Positions 18,644-28,125 of a stretch of DNA of 64,000 nt are shown one piece after another (the stretch's first letter is position 1; each line of letters opens with the position of its first letter). The DNA comes from an uncultured Atopobiaceae bacterium. Lineage in GTDB: Bacteria > Actinomycetota > Coriobacteriia > Coriobacteriales > Atopobiaceae. The stretch lies in assembly GCA_910579165.1 (NCBI GenBank), contig CAJTTF010000002.1, forward strand, positions 41,746 to 105,745. The letters run 5' to 3'. The position numbers were made by a program, and so were the translations under genes. Below the pieces are notes generated by a model that searched no databases, was not told the DNA's origin, and saw only the letters and a program-made list of their open reading frames with translations.

Positions 18644-19423
18644 CTAACGATACATTTTAGGTTCAACAGTTTCAGGCGTGACAAGTGTCCCGATATGCTT
18701 GCCCTTTAATGCCTTTTCAAAAACATTGTTTTCATTAATATCTAAAACCAAGATAGGCAGGTTATTGTCACGGCAAAGCGCAGTAGCAGCAGCATCCATG
18801 ACCTTGAGATCCTTTGCCAGTACATCTCTATGAGAAATGAGTTCGTAGCGCTGGGCGTCATCATGAAGTGCGGGGTCTTTATCAAAAACACCATTCACCT
18901 TTGTAGCCTTAATAATGCACTGCGCATCAATTTCAAGAGCCCGTAAGGCAGCAGCAGAATCAGTCGTAAAGTAGGGATTGCCAGTACCACCTGCAAAGAT
19001 CGCAATACGACCCTTCTCTAGGTGACGAATAGCGCGACGACGAATATATACTTCAGCAATCTGCTGCATCTGAATGGAAGTCATAACGCGCGTGTAAAGG
19101 CCATTTTGTTCAAAACCATCCTGAAGTGCTAACGCATTCATGATGGTTGCAAGCATACCAACATTATCCGCTTGTGCGCGATCCATGCCATTTTTAGAAG
19201 CCGACATTCCGCGAAAGAAGTTTCCTCCCCCAACGACAATACCAATCTCAATACCAGCATCGTAAATCTTTTTGATTGAACGAGCGAGATGTTCAATCTC
19301 CTGGGGATCTACACCAAATGAGCGGTTCCCCAAAAGCGCCTCACCCGAGAGCTTGAGGAGAACACGCTTGTAAAGATAGCCTTTAGGCGGTTTTCCTACC
19401 TTGGAAGATTGAAAATAATCCAC
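18644..19423 (-). CDS. pyrH: UMP kinase
   Basis: LLKLSGEAL, VVGGGN.FRG and FAGGTGNPYFTTD. Confidence 0.95.
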   Translation of the reverse strand: MDYFQSSKVGKPPKGYLYKRVLLKLSGEALLGNRSFGVDPQEIEHLARSIKKIYDAGIEIGIVVGGGNFFRGMSASKNGMDRAQADNVGMLATIMNALALQDGFEQNGLYTRVMTSIQMQQIAEVYIRRRAIRHLEKGRIAIFAGGTGNPYFTTDSAAALRALEIDAQCIIKATKVNGVFDKDPALHDDAQRYELISHRDVLAKDLKVMDAAATALCRDNNLPILVLDINENNVFEKALKGKHIGTLVTPETVEPKMYR

Positions 19424-19440
19424 GAAAACCCCTACTCTAT

Positions 19441-20307
19441 CTAGTCGCCAATGCTTAAAAGATCAAAACTGACGATTTCAATGGTGTCATCAACTGCCTT
19501 AGATGTTTCGCACTGATATTGTTTTACGGTCTTATTGGAATCCTTGATAAAAAGCTGCTCGGTGAGGACAGTTTCCTTGTAGAACTTCTCAAGGCGTCCT
19601 TGCGCCATCTTCTCCTGGATAGCCTCAGGCTTGCCAGATTCAGCGGCTTGCTCTTTATAGAGGTTAATCTCGTGCTCTACGGTTGCGGGGTCAACATCTT
19701 CACGACGAGCAGCAATAGGCATGGTGGCAGCAACTTGCATTGCTACATCGTGTGCAAACGTTTTAAACACCTCCGAGGTGTAAGTGGCAGGCTTTGAAAA
19801 GGCAAACGTAACCAATACGGCTATTTTTGATCCATGAATATAAGAGGCAATGCCACCATTCTCTATGCTTGCGGAGATGAAGCGGCCAATCTTCATGTTT
19901 TCACCCATGGTGTGAATGAGATCAGTGAGACCCTCCTCAACAGTTCCCTCGTTTAAGGCAAGACCGTTGATGTCGGCCTCTGCTGCAGGAGCGTTTTCAG
20001 CGACAGATTTTGCTACCTGCTCTACAAAACCGGTGAACTTAGGATTCGTTCCAACGAAGTCAGTCTCGCAGAAAACCTCAACAAGACCACCTTTATGTCC
20101 ATCATCGGTAACGTATGCGCTTACAGCGCCTTCATTGGTGTCGCGACCAGCCTTTTTACTGGCTTTAGCAACGCCCATTTTACGTAGGACGTCGATAGCT
20201 TTTTCTACATCGCCTTCAGCCTCCGTTAGGGCTTTCTTGCACTCCATCATAGGAGCATCGGTGATTTGTCGAAGTTCTTTAACAAGAGCTGCGGTTATCT
20301 CTGCCAT
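19441..20307 (-). CDS. tsf: Elongation factor Ts
   Basis: N-terminal UBA-like LVKELRQITDAPMMECKKAL and the expected position after rpsB. Confidence 0.95.
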   Translation of the reverse strand: MAEITAALVKELRQITDAPMMECKKALTEAEGDVEKAIDVLRKMGVAKASKKAGRDTNEGAVSAYVTDDGHKGGLVEVFCETDFVGTNPKFTGFVEQVAKSVAENAPAAEADINGLALNEGTVEEGLTDLIHTMGENMKIGRFISASIENGGIASYIHGSKIAVLVTFAFSKPATYTSEVFKTFAHDVAMQVAATMPIAARREDVDPATVEHEINLYKEQAAESGKPEAIQEKMAQGRLEKFYKETVLTEQLFIKDSNKTVKQYQCETSKAVDDTIEIVSFDLLSIGD

Positions 20308-20479
20308 TATCTATTCCTTTCAGAGAAAAGTATCTTTGCAATACGTAGCTTTTAATAACGCTCAGATTAATCTGCTCATAGCTTGTAAACGCTGTTTTTT
20401 TATTATGCATTACCGCACAACACGTCATTGAAAACTGCAGTAATTTCTGGGGCGAGTTGATTTTAATCCAGAAATAGCT

Positions 20480-21367
20480 TTAGATTGTATCAACGTGTTC
20501 TGCGAGCTCAGGCGTTGTTACTGCCTGAATGGTTTCGCCCTCAACTGAAGCGGTGGTTGAGTCCTGCTTTAACTCAGGTTGAACGTCTTCGATAGCTGCA
20601 ATTTGAGATTGAGAAATGGCATCGAGCGAGGCATTGGCGACAGAAACAGGGGTTTTGCCCGTCATTTCATCAAGTGTGATGCCGGATTTCTTGGTTCCCG
20701 CTTCAACGGCATCTGCCATTACCTCAACCATGAGAGCAATGGAGCGAATGGCGTCGTCATTGGCAGGTATGCCATAGTCAACAACATCAGGATTGGAGTT
20801 TGTATCCAATAAGCCAACAACAGGAATACCCAGACGATTTGCTTCTTTTACAGCAATCTCTTCGCGAACAGTATCAACGACGAAGAGAGCCTGTGGCAGT
20901 TTTGTCATATTACGAACACCGCCCAGATTCTTCTGGAGCTTTTCAAGCTCTTTATTGAGGACGGACTGCTCTTTTTTTGGCAGAAGAGCCATTTGTCCAG
21001 ATTCTTCCATGGCCTCGAGCTCTTTCATGCGATCAATGCGCGCCTGAATAGTGACAAAATTGGTAAGAAGGCCGCCGAGCCAACGATTGGAGATGAAGGG
21101 CATCCCACAACGGTTTGCATTTTCAACAATGGCTTCCTGAGCTTGCTTTTTGGTGCCAACAAAGAGAATCGTGCCACCCTTTTTAGCTATATCGTTGAGG
21201 AAAGAATAGGAACGATCGGCTTGCTGGATGGTCTTCTTTAAATCGAGAATGTAGATATCGTTGCGCTCGCCAAAGATATAGGGCTTCATGCGCGGATCCC
21301 AGCGACGCGTTTGATGTCCGTAGTGGCATCCAGCTTCCAGAAGTGTCTTGATAGTTACTTTTGCCAT
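20480..21367 (-). CDS. rpsB: 30S ribosomal protein S2 with an acidic C-terminal extension
   Basis: LLEAGCHYGHQTRRWDP.M and LFVVDT..E..AV.EA..LGIPV. Confidence 0.95.
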   Translation of the reverse strand: MAKVTIKTLLEAGCHYGHQTRRWDPRMKPYIFGERNDIYILDLKKTIQQADRSYSFLNDIAKKGGTILFVGTKKQAQEAIVENANRCGMPFISNRWLGGLLTNFVTIQARIDRMKELEAMEESGQMALLPKKEQSVLNKELEKLQKNLGGVRNMTKLPQALFVVDTVREEIAVKEANRLGIPVVGLLDTNSNPDVVDYGIPANDDAIRSIALMVEVMADAVEAGTKKSGITLDEMTGKTPVSVANASLDAISQSQIAAIEDVQPELKQDSTTASVEGETIQAVTTPELAEHVDTI

Positions 21368-21555
21368 AGTGTTCTCCTTTGTCGGTTAGGCCTCCGCACG
21401 ATGTTTTCCCAGCTAGTCCACTCACATTTATGGCTAAGTGAGCACCGGGGACGCCAGTAGTCGTGCGTGTGTTTTTCTAAGCTGATTATTCAGCAGTGGT
21501 TAGTATAGCAGCAATTTCGCAAATCATAATGAAATTCTTGCTTGAAGAGGGTGGA

Positions 21556-22614
21556 TTAGGATGCGCTCTGAGAACGTGGGTGGGCCTGTCGCGCTGCTTC
21601 TTTAAGGCGCTCAACCGATAAATGTGTATAGATTTGTGTTGTTGATAAGCTCGCATGACCCAGAAGTTCCTGGACACTCCGCAAATCCGCTCCTCCTTGG
21701 AGGAGTTCCGTTGCGAACGTATGGCGCATTGTGTGGGGCGTTACAGAAGAAGGAAGCCCTGCCAGTTTAACGATCTTTTCAAAGCGCGTACGAAGTGCAG
21801 CTGGCGACATTGGATTATGTCGCAGAGAGATAAAGAGGCTCCTCTCGTTAAGCTGCAACATATCGGTCGATAGACGGGCCTTGCGAGTGGGACTTACAGG
21901 ACAGCGGTGAGGACGTGCATCTTGAACATATGCACCGATTGCGGCTTTAGCTGACGAATAGAGAGGCACAAGTCGCTCTTTTTTGCCCTTACCATAAAGA
22001 CGGACTGTTCCCTGTTGCAGCTGAATATCATCAAGATGAAGTGCTGCGACTTCAGAAATACGAGCGCCCGTGGCGTACATGAGCTCTATGAGAGCATAGT
22101 CAAGCAATGCTTGATCAAGGGCATCTTGCTGTTCTTTAGTAGGTTTATCGAGAAAGGCAGCCTTTGCATTTTGTATAGCGTCCTGAGTAGCTTTAAGCAT
22201 GCGTCCAACATCTGAATCATGCATAACCTCAGGTAGTTTACGTGAAGATTTTGGCGTGAGCGTTGCTGCGGGTGCATCTTCGGTGGTGTAGCCCTCCAAA
22301 ACAAGCCATTGATAAAAAGATCGAAGAGACGAAAGACGGCGAGCGATTGTTTTGTCGGCATATCGCGACTGGCGTAGATACGCCATGTAGGTGCGAACCT
22401 GAAGGTGCTGCAGTCTAAAAGGGTCAATACGCTGTTTCTGAGCCCATTGAAAGAACAGTTCTAAATCAACCTGGTACGCCTCTATAGTATGTGGCGAAAG
22501 ATTCCTTACGTTTGTAAGATACGTCAGAAACTCCGCCAGGATTCCGTTAAGAGGCGACTCCGTCTTGTGTTTTATGTACTCTTCTTCCCTAGCCATACGT
22601 GTCCATTTACTCAA
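21556..22614 (-). CDS. xerC: Tyrosine recombinase XerC/XerD family
   Basis: C-terminal catalytic block HTMRHTFATELLQGGADLRSVQELLGHASLSTTQIYTH and an upstream ARISE block. The chromosomal position next to rpsB matches actinobacterial xerC. Confidence 0.8.
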   Translation of the reverse strand: MSKWTRMAREEEYIKHKTESPLNGILAEFLTYLTNVRNLSPHTIEAYQVDLELFFQWAQKQRIDPFRLQHLQVRTYMAYLRQSRYADKTIARRLSSLRSFYQWLVLEGYTTEDAPAATLTPKSSRKLPEVMHDSDVGRMLKATQDAIQNAKAAFLDKPTKEQQDALDQALLDYALIELMYATGARISEVAALHLDDIQLQQGTVRLYGKGKKERLVPLYSSAKAAIGAYVQDARPHRCPVSPTRKARLSTDMLQLNERSLFISLRHNPMSPAALRTRFEKIVKLAGLPSSVTPHTMRHTFATELLQGGADLRSVQELLGHASLSTTQIYTHLSVERLKEAARQAHPRSQSAS

Positions 22615-24047
22615 CTATCGCCTAGTAATTCGTCCATAGAATAATTTTTTCTAGAATTTATACTGGATGTTATATGGGAAAATGCAAAAATATCGTCTCT
22701 TGAAGCAACGGTAGAATCTACGCGCCTAAAAGCACGATCTGCGTAGGCATCGTATCGCTCTCGCCTATTCCTGATGGGCGGATCCAACGGGGGCAAAAGA
22801 CCAAAATTCACATGCATCGGTTGATAATTCTTTGTAGAGGGATTGGTTGCATAGGAAATGAGGGCGCCCCAGAGCGAGGTTGATGGCATAAGGAATGATT
22901 GAAGGCCCTGGATGGCTGCGAACGTATTAACGGCGGTATAAAGACCTGATGCGATTGCTTCTACATACCCTTCTGTGCCTGCAATTTGACCGGCAAAGCG
23001 CAAGCGGGGGTTATCTCGGAGGGCAAACGTTGGATCAAAAAGTCTGGGAGCATCAAAGAAACTATTTCGATGCATGACTCCGTAGCGCATAAATGAGGCC
23101 TCTTCAAGCCCGGGAATACGAGAAAAGATGCGTTTTTGCTCGGCAAATGTGAGGTTAGTCTGAAAGCCAACAAGATTGTATGCTGTCCGAGCTTCGTTTT
23201 CTGCTCTCAGTTGAAGAGCAGCATAGGGTCTTTTTCCTGTTCGCGGATCAACAAGACCTACCGGTTTTAGGGGACCGAAGCGAAGAGAATCTATGCCTGT
23301 GCGAGCGATCTCTTCAATCGGCTGGCATGCTTGAAATAATTCCTTGCGTTCAAACTCCTTCTTGATAACGGTTTTTGCCGCACAGAGTTCCTCTACCAAG
23401 GCAATATACTGCTCTTGATTTAGAGGGCAATTGAGATAGTCGCCTTCCACATCTTTCGTTCCTTTTCCCGCAAGCTCATAGCGTGATTGCGCAAAAATTT
23501 GATTAAAGCCAAGCGATGCCGCCTCTACGATAGGGGCTGCAGCATCATAAAAGTGAAGCAAGGATGCCTCTTCCTCATTCAAACGACTTTGGAGGTCTTT
23601 GAGCAAAGAAGGGCTCGTGAGTGGTCCAGTTGCTACAATCACGTATGTATTGTTATCAAGATACTCCTCAAGCGAGGTCACCTCTCCTCTAATTAGCTCA
23701 ATATTGGATTGTGCGCGGATTGCATCTGTAACAGCCTTAGAGAAGAGCTCCCTGTCAACCGCAAGAGCATTGCCTGCAGGAACACGTGTGTCCTCAGCAA
23801 TCTTGAGCAATTCTGAACCCATTAGCTTAAGTTCGCGTTTGAGTGCGCCAGCGGCTGTGGCGCGTTTCTCAGATTTGAGAGAATTTGAGCATACCAACTC
23901 TGCACACTCAGCTGTTTTGTGTGCAGGTGTTGTGGTGCTTGGTCGCTCCTCGTGCAATACGACTGAAATACCTCTTTTGGCAAGTTGGAGCGCACACTCA
24001 GAGCCAGCGAGACCAGCTCCAATAACATGAACAGTATCTGCCATCAT
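22611..24047 (-). CDS. trmFO: Methylenetetrahydrofolate--tRNA-(uracil-5-)-methyltransferase TrmFO
   Basis: VHVIGAGLAGSE FAD motif and the conserved Gid/TrmFO body. The start is uncertain. I use MMADTVHV at 24047, while the track ORF extends to 24197. There is a 4-nt overlap with the xerC start. Confidence 0.85.
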   Translation of the reverse strand: MMADTVHVIGAGLAGSECALQLAKRGISVVLHEERPSTTTPAHKTAECAELVCSNSLKSEKRATAAGALKRELKLMGSELLKIAEDTRVPAGNALAVDRELFSKAVTDAIRAQSNIELIRGEVTSLEEYLDNNTYVIVATGPLTSPSLLKDLQSRLNEEEASLLHFYDAAAPIVEAASLGFNQIFAQSRYELAGKGTKDVEGDYLNCPLNQEQYIALVEELCAAKTVIKKEFERKELFQACQPIEEIARTGIDSLRFGPLKPVGLVDPRTGKRPYAALQLRAENEARTAYNLVGFQTNLTFAEQKRIFSRIPGLEEASFMRYGVMHRNSFFDAPRLFDPTFALRDNPRLRFAGQIAGTEGYVEAIASGLYTAVNTFAAIQGLQSFLMPSTSLWGALISYATNPSTKNYQPMHVNFGLLPPLDPPIRNRRERYDAYADRAFRRVDSTVASRDDIFAFSHITSSINSRKNYSMDELLGDS

Positions 24048-24231
24048 CTCTCTCATCGCTCTCATGAGGGTTAGTTTGCTATAGTCATGGCAGGCAGTAC
24101 TAACGTATACCGCAAAGCACATTCTCTTGGTACCATGCTCACTGGGCGCGTTTATAGTTATGCCAGCTATGCCTACCGATGCATCTAGTACAAGCATACC
24201 TTAAACAACGAGAAAGAAAAGGAGACTGCGC

Positions 24232-24825
24232 GTGCAAGATAAATCAAGAAAACGCACTGTCGCTGTATATTGTGGATCCTCTCCAGGCACCTCTCCCCTC
24301 TTTGGAGAAGTAGCATCGCAGTTTGGAACATGGCTTGGCCAAAACGGGTTCAATGTTGTATATGGTGGATCGAGCGTAGGTCTTATGGGACTGGTATCAC
24401 GCGCAGCGCTTGATGCTGGGGCTGAGGTTTTAGGCGTAGAGCCTCAGTTCTTTATCGATGCAGGTGTGGAACAACACGACTTAAGTGAGCTTCGCATTGT
24501 ACGCACCATGAGCGAACGCAAGGCAGCAATGATCGCGGAGGCCGATGAGTTTATCGCGCTTCCGGGAGGTGTTGGAACGCTTGAGGAGATTAGCGAAATC
24601 ATGGCTCGAATCCATCTGTATCTTGACCGGGAAAACCATATCAACCCTTCTTATTCGCTTCATTGCTATCTATTGAATCTTGAGGGCTTTTACGAAGGGC
24701 TCAAAAGCCTTCTCAACACAATGTTAGATACCGGTTTCATGATTCCAGACACTTATGAACGGATCCATTTTCCCAATTCCCTTAAAAGCCTACAAAAACA
24801 ACTTTTACAAAGAGTGTCGCATTAG
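24232..24825 (+). CDS. LOG family protein (TIGR00730; cytokinin riboside 5'-monophosphate phosphoribohydrolase-like)
   Basis: VYCGSS, VYGGSSVGLMG and PGGVGTLEE motifs. It has a GTG start and is divergent from trmFO. Confidence 0.85.
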   Translation: MQDKSRKRTVAVYCGSSPGTSPLFGEVASQFGTWLGQNGFNVVYGGSSVGLMGLVSRAALDAGAEVLGVEPQFFIDAGVEQHDLSELRIVRTMSERKAAMIAEADEFIALPGGVGTLEEISEIMARIHLYLDRENHINPSYSLHCYLLNLEGFYEGLKSLLNTMLDTGFMIPDTYERIHFPNSLKSLQKQLLQRVSH

Positions 24826-24831
24826 CATAAA

Positions 24832-24860
24832 TAATAAAAAAACCGAGTAATACCCGGCTC
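24832..24860 (-). terminator. Terminator-like hairpin downstream of tRNA-Glu
   Basis: On the minus strand, CCGGG-TATTA-CTCGG (with one G.U pair) is followed by TTTTTTTATT. Confidence 0.45.
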
Positions 24861-24869
24861 AAAAGTTAA

Positions 24870-24946
24870 TGGTAGCCCGTACGAGATTCGAACTCGTGAT
24901 CTCCGCCTTGAGAGGGCGGTGTCCTAAACCGCTAGACGAACGGGCC
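24870..24946 (-). tRNA. tRNA-Glu(CTC)
   Basis: The reverse complement GGCCCGTTCGTCTAGCGGTTTAGGACACCGCCCTCTCAAGGCGGAG...TACGGGCTACCA has anticodon loop CTCTCAA and an encoded CCA. Confidence 0.9.
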
Positions 24947-24961
24947 AGGTGCTAGGGACAG

Positions 24962-25035
24962 TGGCTGGGATAGAGAGAGTCGAACTCCCATTGACGGAAC
25001 CAGAATCCGCTGTCCTACCATTAGACGATATCCCA
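24962..25035 (-). tRNA. tRNA-Gln(CTG)
   Basis: The reverse complement TGGGATATCGTCTAATGGTAGGACAGCGGATTCTGGTTCCGTC...TATCCCAGCCA has anticodon CTG and an encoded CCA. Confidence 0.9.
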
Positions 25036-25082
25036 AAGATACTGTCTGCGCGGGAATGTACTTTACGGGATTGGTCGCAACT

Positions 25083-28000
25083 TTACAAGTCAGAAATAGA
25101 ATTTATCGTCTTTTTCTGATGCCAGAGTTCCTTTAAGGGCTCAAGTAGTTCTATTTCCGCGCGTGCCACAATATCTCTATCCCGTAATGACTCTGTGTTG
25201 TCTGGCGAAGAAAGGCCTTCCTCTGCATATTTAAGAAGCAGGTTGACTATGTCAGACAATTTCTGATTGCCAATTACTGCATTCCATCCCCGTTCCTTCA
25301 ACATAAGAGCAATGTTGGCGGGAGAAGATTCCTCTGATCCTTCGACAAGTAACGAGTATGCTTTGAAAAAGGAGGTCTTGTTATAGAACAGTCCCTTAAT
25401 GAAAGCAGCGAGAGCTAACGCATACTGAGTTGGCATTGCATCTGGCGTTCGTATTTCGAGATATCCTTTAGCACGCACGTCGGGAAATACGAAAGAAGAA
25501 GCATACAGAAGTTCTTCATCCGTAAGAAGCTGTGACGCAAGATACTCCTTGACAGTCCTATGACCCATTTTGTCATTACAAAAGCTGTTATTTTGCTCAT
25601 GTTCTTTGAGATATACGCAAGGCGTATTAAGCAACCATAAGAGGTACGCATCCTCTGGTGAAGACTTATCGAGACCGAGGTCTAGGGCGAGCATACGGTC
25701 CAGGTTTTCCTCATCTTTATCCACAATGGATGGCGTGCTCTCCCCTGCGAACAAGCCACGAGGAATCCGGCAACGAGCCTTGTCAACATTGTTCCAAATG
25801 TCCAAACGCGTCATTGATCCAGTTGTGTCACAAAGAAAGTAGAGATATTGAGAAAGAACAGTCGCCAAAAGGAGTTCCCGACTGAGCCTTCTATGTTCAA
25901 GAAAATCAATTGAAATCTGCGTTGAGGCAGATTCCCGCATCATTTGACGCGATTGCTCCCCTTTCCTGCCAAGGAAAGCATCCATCGCCTTGTAGCGCTC
26001 TTTTGGAAGGAGCGCCGTATCTGAAAGAAGCGTATTCTTAGGATCTACACCTGAAGCTATAAGCTCAACGTTGAGACCAATATCAGAGAAGACTTGCTCA
26101 ATATTTCTATTAAGGAAATCAAACGCCTCGTGCAGACAAATCAAAGAGTTCATTGGACCCAGAGAGATCTCAAGTTGAGCGCCAGGCTCAAGGGTCAGTG
26201 TATACCGTGTGCCATGCGCGCAGTCTTCAGAATCTTGTAGATGGATGTAACCTTCTGCGCCGAGTAGAAGGTTGTCTTCAATCACCGCCTTTGAGCAGCG
26301 GAATTTCTTCAGCCATGCTTCAAGAAATTCCAGGATTCCCGTGTTGTAATGGAGCCTATTCCCCGAATTTTTATCATAAACAAAGCGTTCGAGCTCAATA
26401 CCTATGTTACCTGACCACTGAGGTCGAGGCTCATCCCTATAGTGAAAGTAGATACAGTCGTCGGGGTTTGGAAACAGGAGCTCCTTTAAACGATCAAGAT
26501 TTGCAGAGAGAATCGCATCTGCAGCAACACGCGATAAGTCGTTTGGAGTGTTTTTGGCAGTTCCGCACCAGATGAGTTTTAAAAGAGCCTCTTGAATTCG
26601 AGAAATACCAGGCCCCGATTCAATATGAAAATGATGTTTAATGTCATCGCCGTCCAACGCAAGTTCTGTTGCCATAATTGGGAGAGGCTTTTGCCGAGAC
26701 AATACGCAAGCAGGGCGCTCATGAGAAAGAGAGTCTCGTCGCTCATTCGTGCGAAGGAGCGTCTTTTCAAAGACGTAGGCTTTCTCTGCAGCTATAGCTC
26801 CCGCACGATACCCTTGGGCCTTGGCCGCAGCATCGGCTTCCTGAAGAAGTGCAAGGGGGTACAAAAGCGAATAGGGGTCCTTGGCCTTATGTTGATGCAA
26901 TCCGTGCACGAGTTGCGCAATGTGCAGCGCTGTAGGTTGTGTTTGGCGGTCATGAAAACGTATCAATGCAGATGCACGCTGGCGAATATTTCTGTTGATA
27001 CCGAGTTGCTTCATTATCTTATTAGCAATGTATGCACTAACGGAGGGATGGTTATAGAAGTGCATGGTCTCCGGTGAATCTGGATTTGGATCGAGAAACA
27101 TAACCGACGGCTTGCCGATATCATGAAAAAGGGCTGCAAGCCCAAGTTCGGCAGGGATGCGAAATTGTTCTGGCGTATCAGAAATACCTGCGAAGATTTG
27201 GAGATAATCGATGACACTAGCTGTATGCTGAAGAATATCCAGATTGTGATACGGAGTTTTTTGAGGATAGCCGTCTAGCCCTGCAAGCTCTGGGATGGAG
27301 GCACAAAGAACGCCTTTATACTGGCGTAACGCTTTAGAAAACCATCGAGTCCTCACGAGTTTCGCTAACTCGTTGCCTATCCGCTCAGCGCTGAGCGAAG
27401 AAAGGGAGCGCACTTCCTGCTCTATTGTTCGCTTTAAACTCGCTTCTAGTTGAAAGTTGAATGCGCACGAAAACCGGACAGCACGAAGGATGCGCAGCGC
27501 GTCTTCTCGGATGCGAGCACAGGAGTCGCCCACCGTACGAATCAAGCCCTGTTTAATATCTTTTCTACCACAAAACGGATCAAGAATCCCTCGACAAGGA
27601 TGGAAGGCCATAGCGTTCATCGTGAAGTCGCGTCGCCTGAGATCTTCTTGAATCGACTGTCCAAAACGTACATTCTTTGGATGTCTTTTATCGCTATAAA
27701 AATCCTCTGCCCTGAACGTGGTTATATCGAGAAATTTTCTGCCTAAGAACCGTTTTGAAAATCTAGGTGAGACTATGGCCGCCTTAATTTCAGAACTGTT
27801 ACAAACGGAAGAGAACGAAGCACTGTTGGTGGATGTGGCAGCGCGTTCATTGGGGTATGCCTTCTGAATGGTATTCAGAAGCTGCACCTTAATAGTCCCA
27901 TAGCGCTCACCTTGATCGACGAGTGCGCAGGCCGCCTTTGAAAAGACTTGCTTTATCTCCTCTGGTGCGGCGTTTGTGGCGACATCAACGTCATCTGAGG

Positions 28001-28112
28001 ATAGCCCCAGAAGCTGATCGCGCACCCAGCCTCCTACAATCCACGCTTCAAAACCAGCGTCCTCAAGGAGATGAAGCGCCAAGGACGCATCCGCGGGCAG
28101 CGCTTGTACCAT
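25083..28112 (-). CDS. Fusion protein: CCA-adding tRNA nucleotidyltransferase plus HD domain (N-terminal about 590 aa), then a glutamate--cysteine ligase-like domain (C-terminal about 450 aa)
   Basis: The N-terminal part has GGWVRDQLLG..DVDVAT, RRDFTMNAMA and EDALRILRAVRF, the class II nucleotidyltransferase motifs. The HD domain has LFHDIGKP and RFHD. The C-terminal part has IGIELERF, TLEPGAQLEISLGP, LPKERYKAMDAF, QMMRESASTQISIDF, DIWNNVDKARCRIP and FPDVRAKGYLEIRTPD. These parallel the conserved blocks of plant/proteobacterial-type GCL. Start placed at MVQALPAD (28112), 24 aa before the GG motif. The track ORF extends to 28262 and would overlap yigZ. Confidence 0.8.
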   Translation of the reverse strand: MVQALPADASLALHLLEDAGFEAWIVGGWVRDQLLGLSSDDVDVATNAAPEEIKQVFSKAACALVDQGERYGTIKVQLLNTIQKAYPNERAATSTNSASFSSVCNSSEIKAAIVSPRFSKRFLGRKFLDITTFRAEDFYSDKRHPKNVRFGQSIQEDLRRRDFTMNAMAFHPCRGILDPFCGRKDIKQGLIRTVGDSCARIREDALRILRAVRFSCAFNFQLEASLKRTIEQEVRSLSSLSAERIGNELAKLVRTRWFSKALRQYKGVLCASIPELAGLDGYPQKTPYHNLDILQHTASVIDYLQIFAGISDTPEQFRIPAELGLAALFHDIGKPSVMFLDPNPDSPETMHFYNHPSVSAYIANKIMKQLGINRNIRQRASALIRFHDRQTQPTALHIAQLVHGLHQHKAKDPYSLLYPLALLQEADAAAKAQGYRAGAIAAEKAYVFEKTLLRTNERRDSLSHERPACVLSRQKPLPIMATELALDGDDIKHHFHIESGPGISRIQEALLKLIWCGTAKNTPNDLSRVAADAILSANLDRLKELLFPNPDDCIYFHYRDEPRPQWSGNIGIELERFVYDKNSGNRLHYNTGILEFLEAWLKKFRCSKAVIEDNLLLGAEGYIHLQDSEDCAHGTRYTLTLEPGAQLEISLGPMNSLICLHEAFDFLNRNIEQVFSDIGLNVELIASGVDPKNTLLSDTALLPKERYKAMDAFLGRKGEQSRQMMRESASTQISIDFLEHRRLSRELLLATVLSQYLYFLCDTTGSMTRLDIWNNVDKARCRIPRGLFAGESTPSIVDKDEENLDRMLALDLGLDKSSPEDAYLLWLLNTPCVYLKEHEQNNSFCNDKMGHRTVKEYLASQLLTDEELLYASSFVFPDVRAKGYLEIRTPDAMPTQYALALAAFIKGLFYNKTSFFKAYSLLVEGSEESSPANIALMLKERGWNAVIGNQKLSDIVNLLLKYAEEGLSSPDNTESLRDRDIVARAEIELLEPLKELWHQKKTINSISDL

Positions 28113-28125
28113 TTCATTGAACGAA

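Noticed and set aside
21556-22614. Tyrosine recombinase as a marker of a prophage or integrative element
   Set aside because: The sequence and size fit XerC/XerD. It sits in the conserved actinobacterial position between trmFO and rpsB and overlaps trmFO by 4 nt. No phage or mobile genes, or flanking repeats, are nearby.
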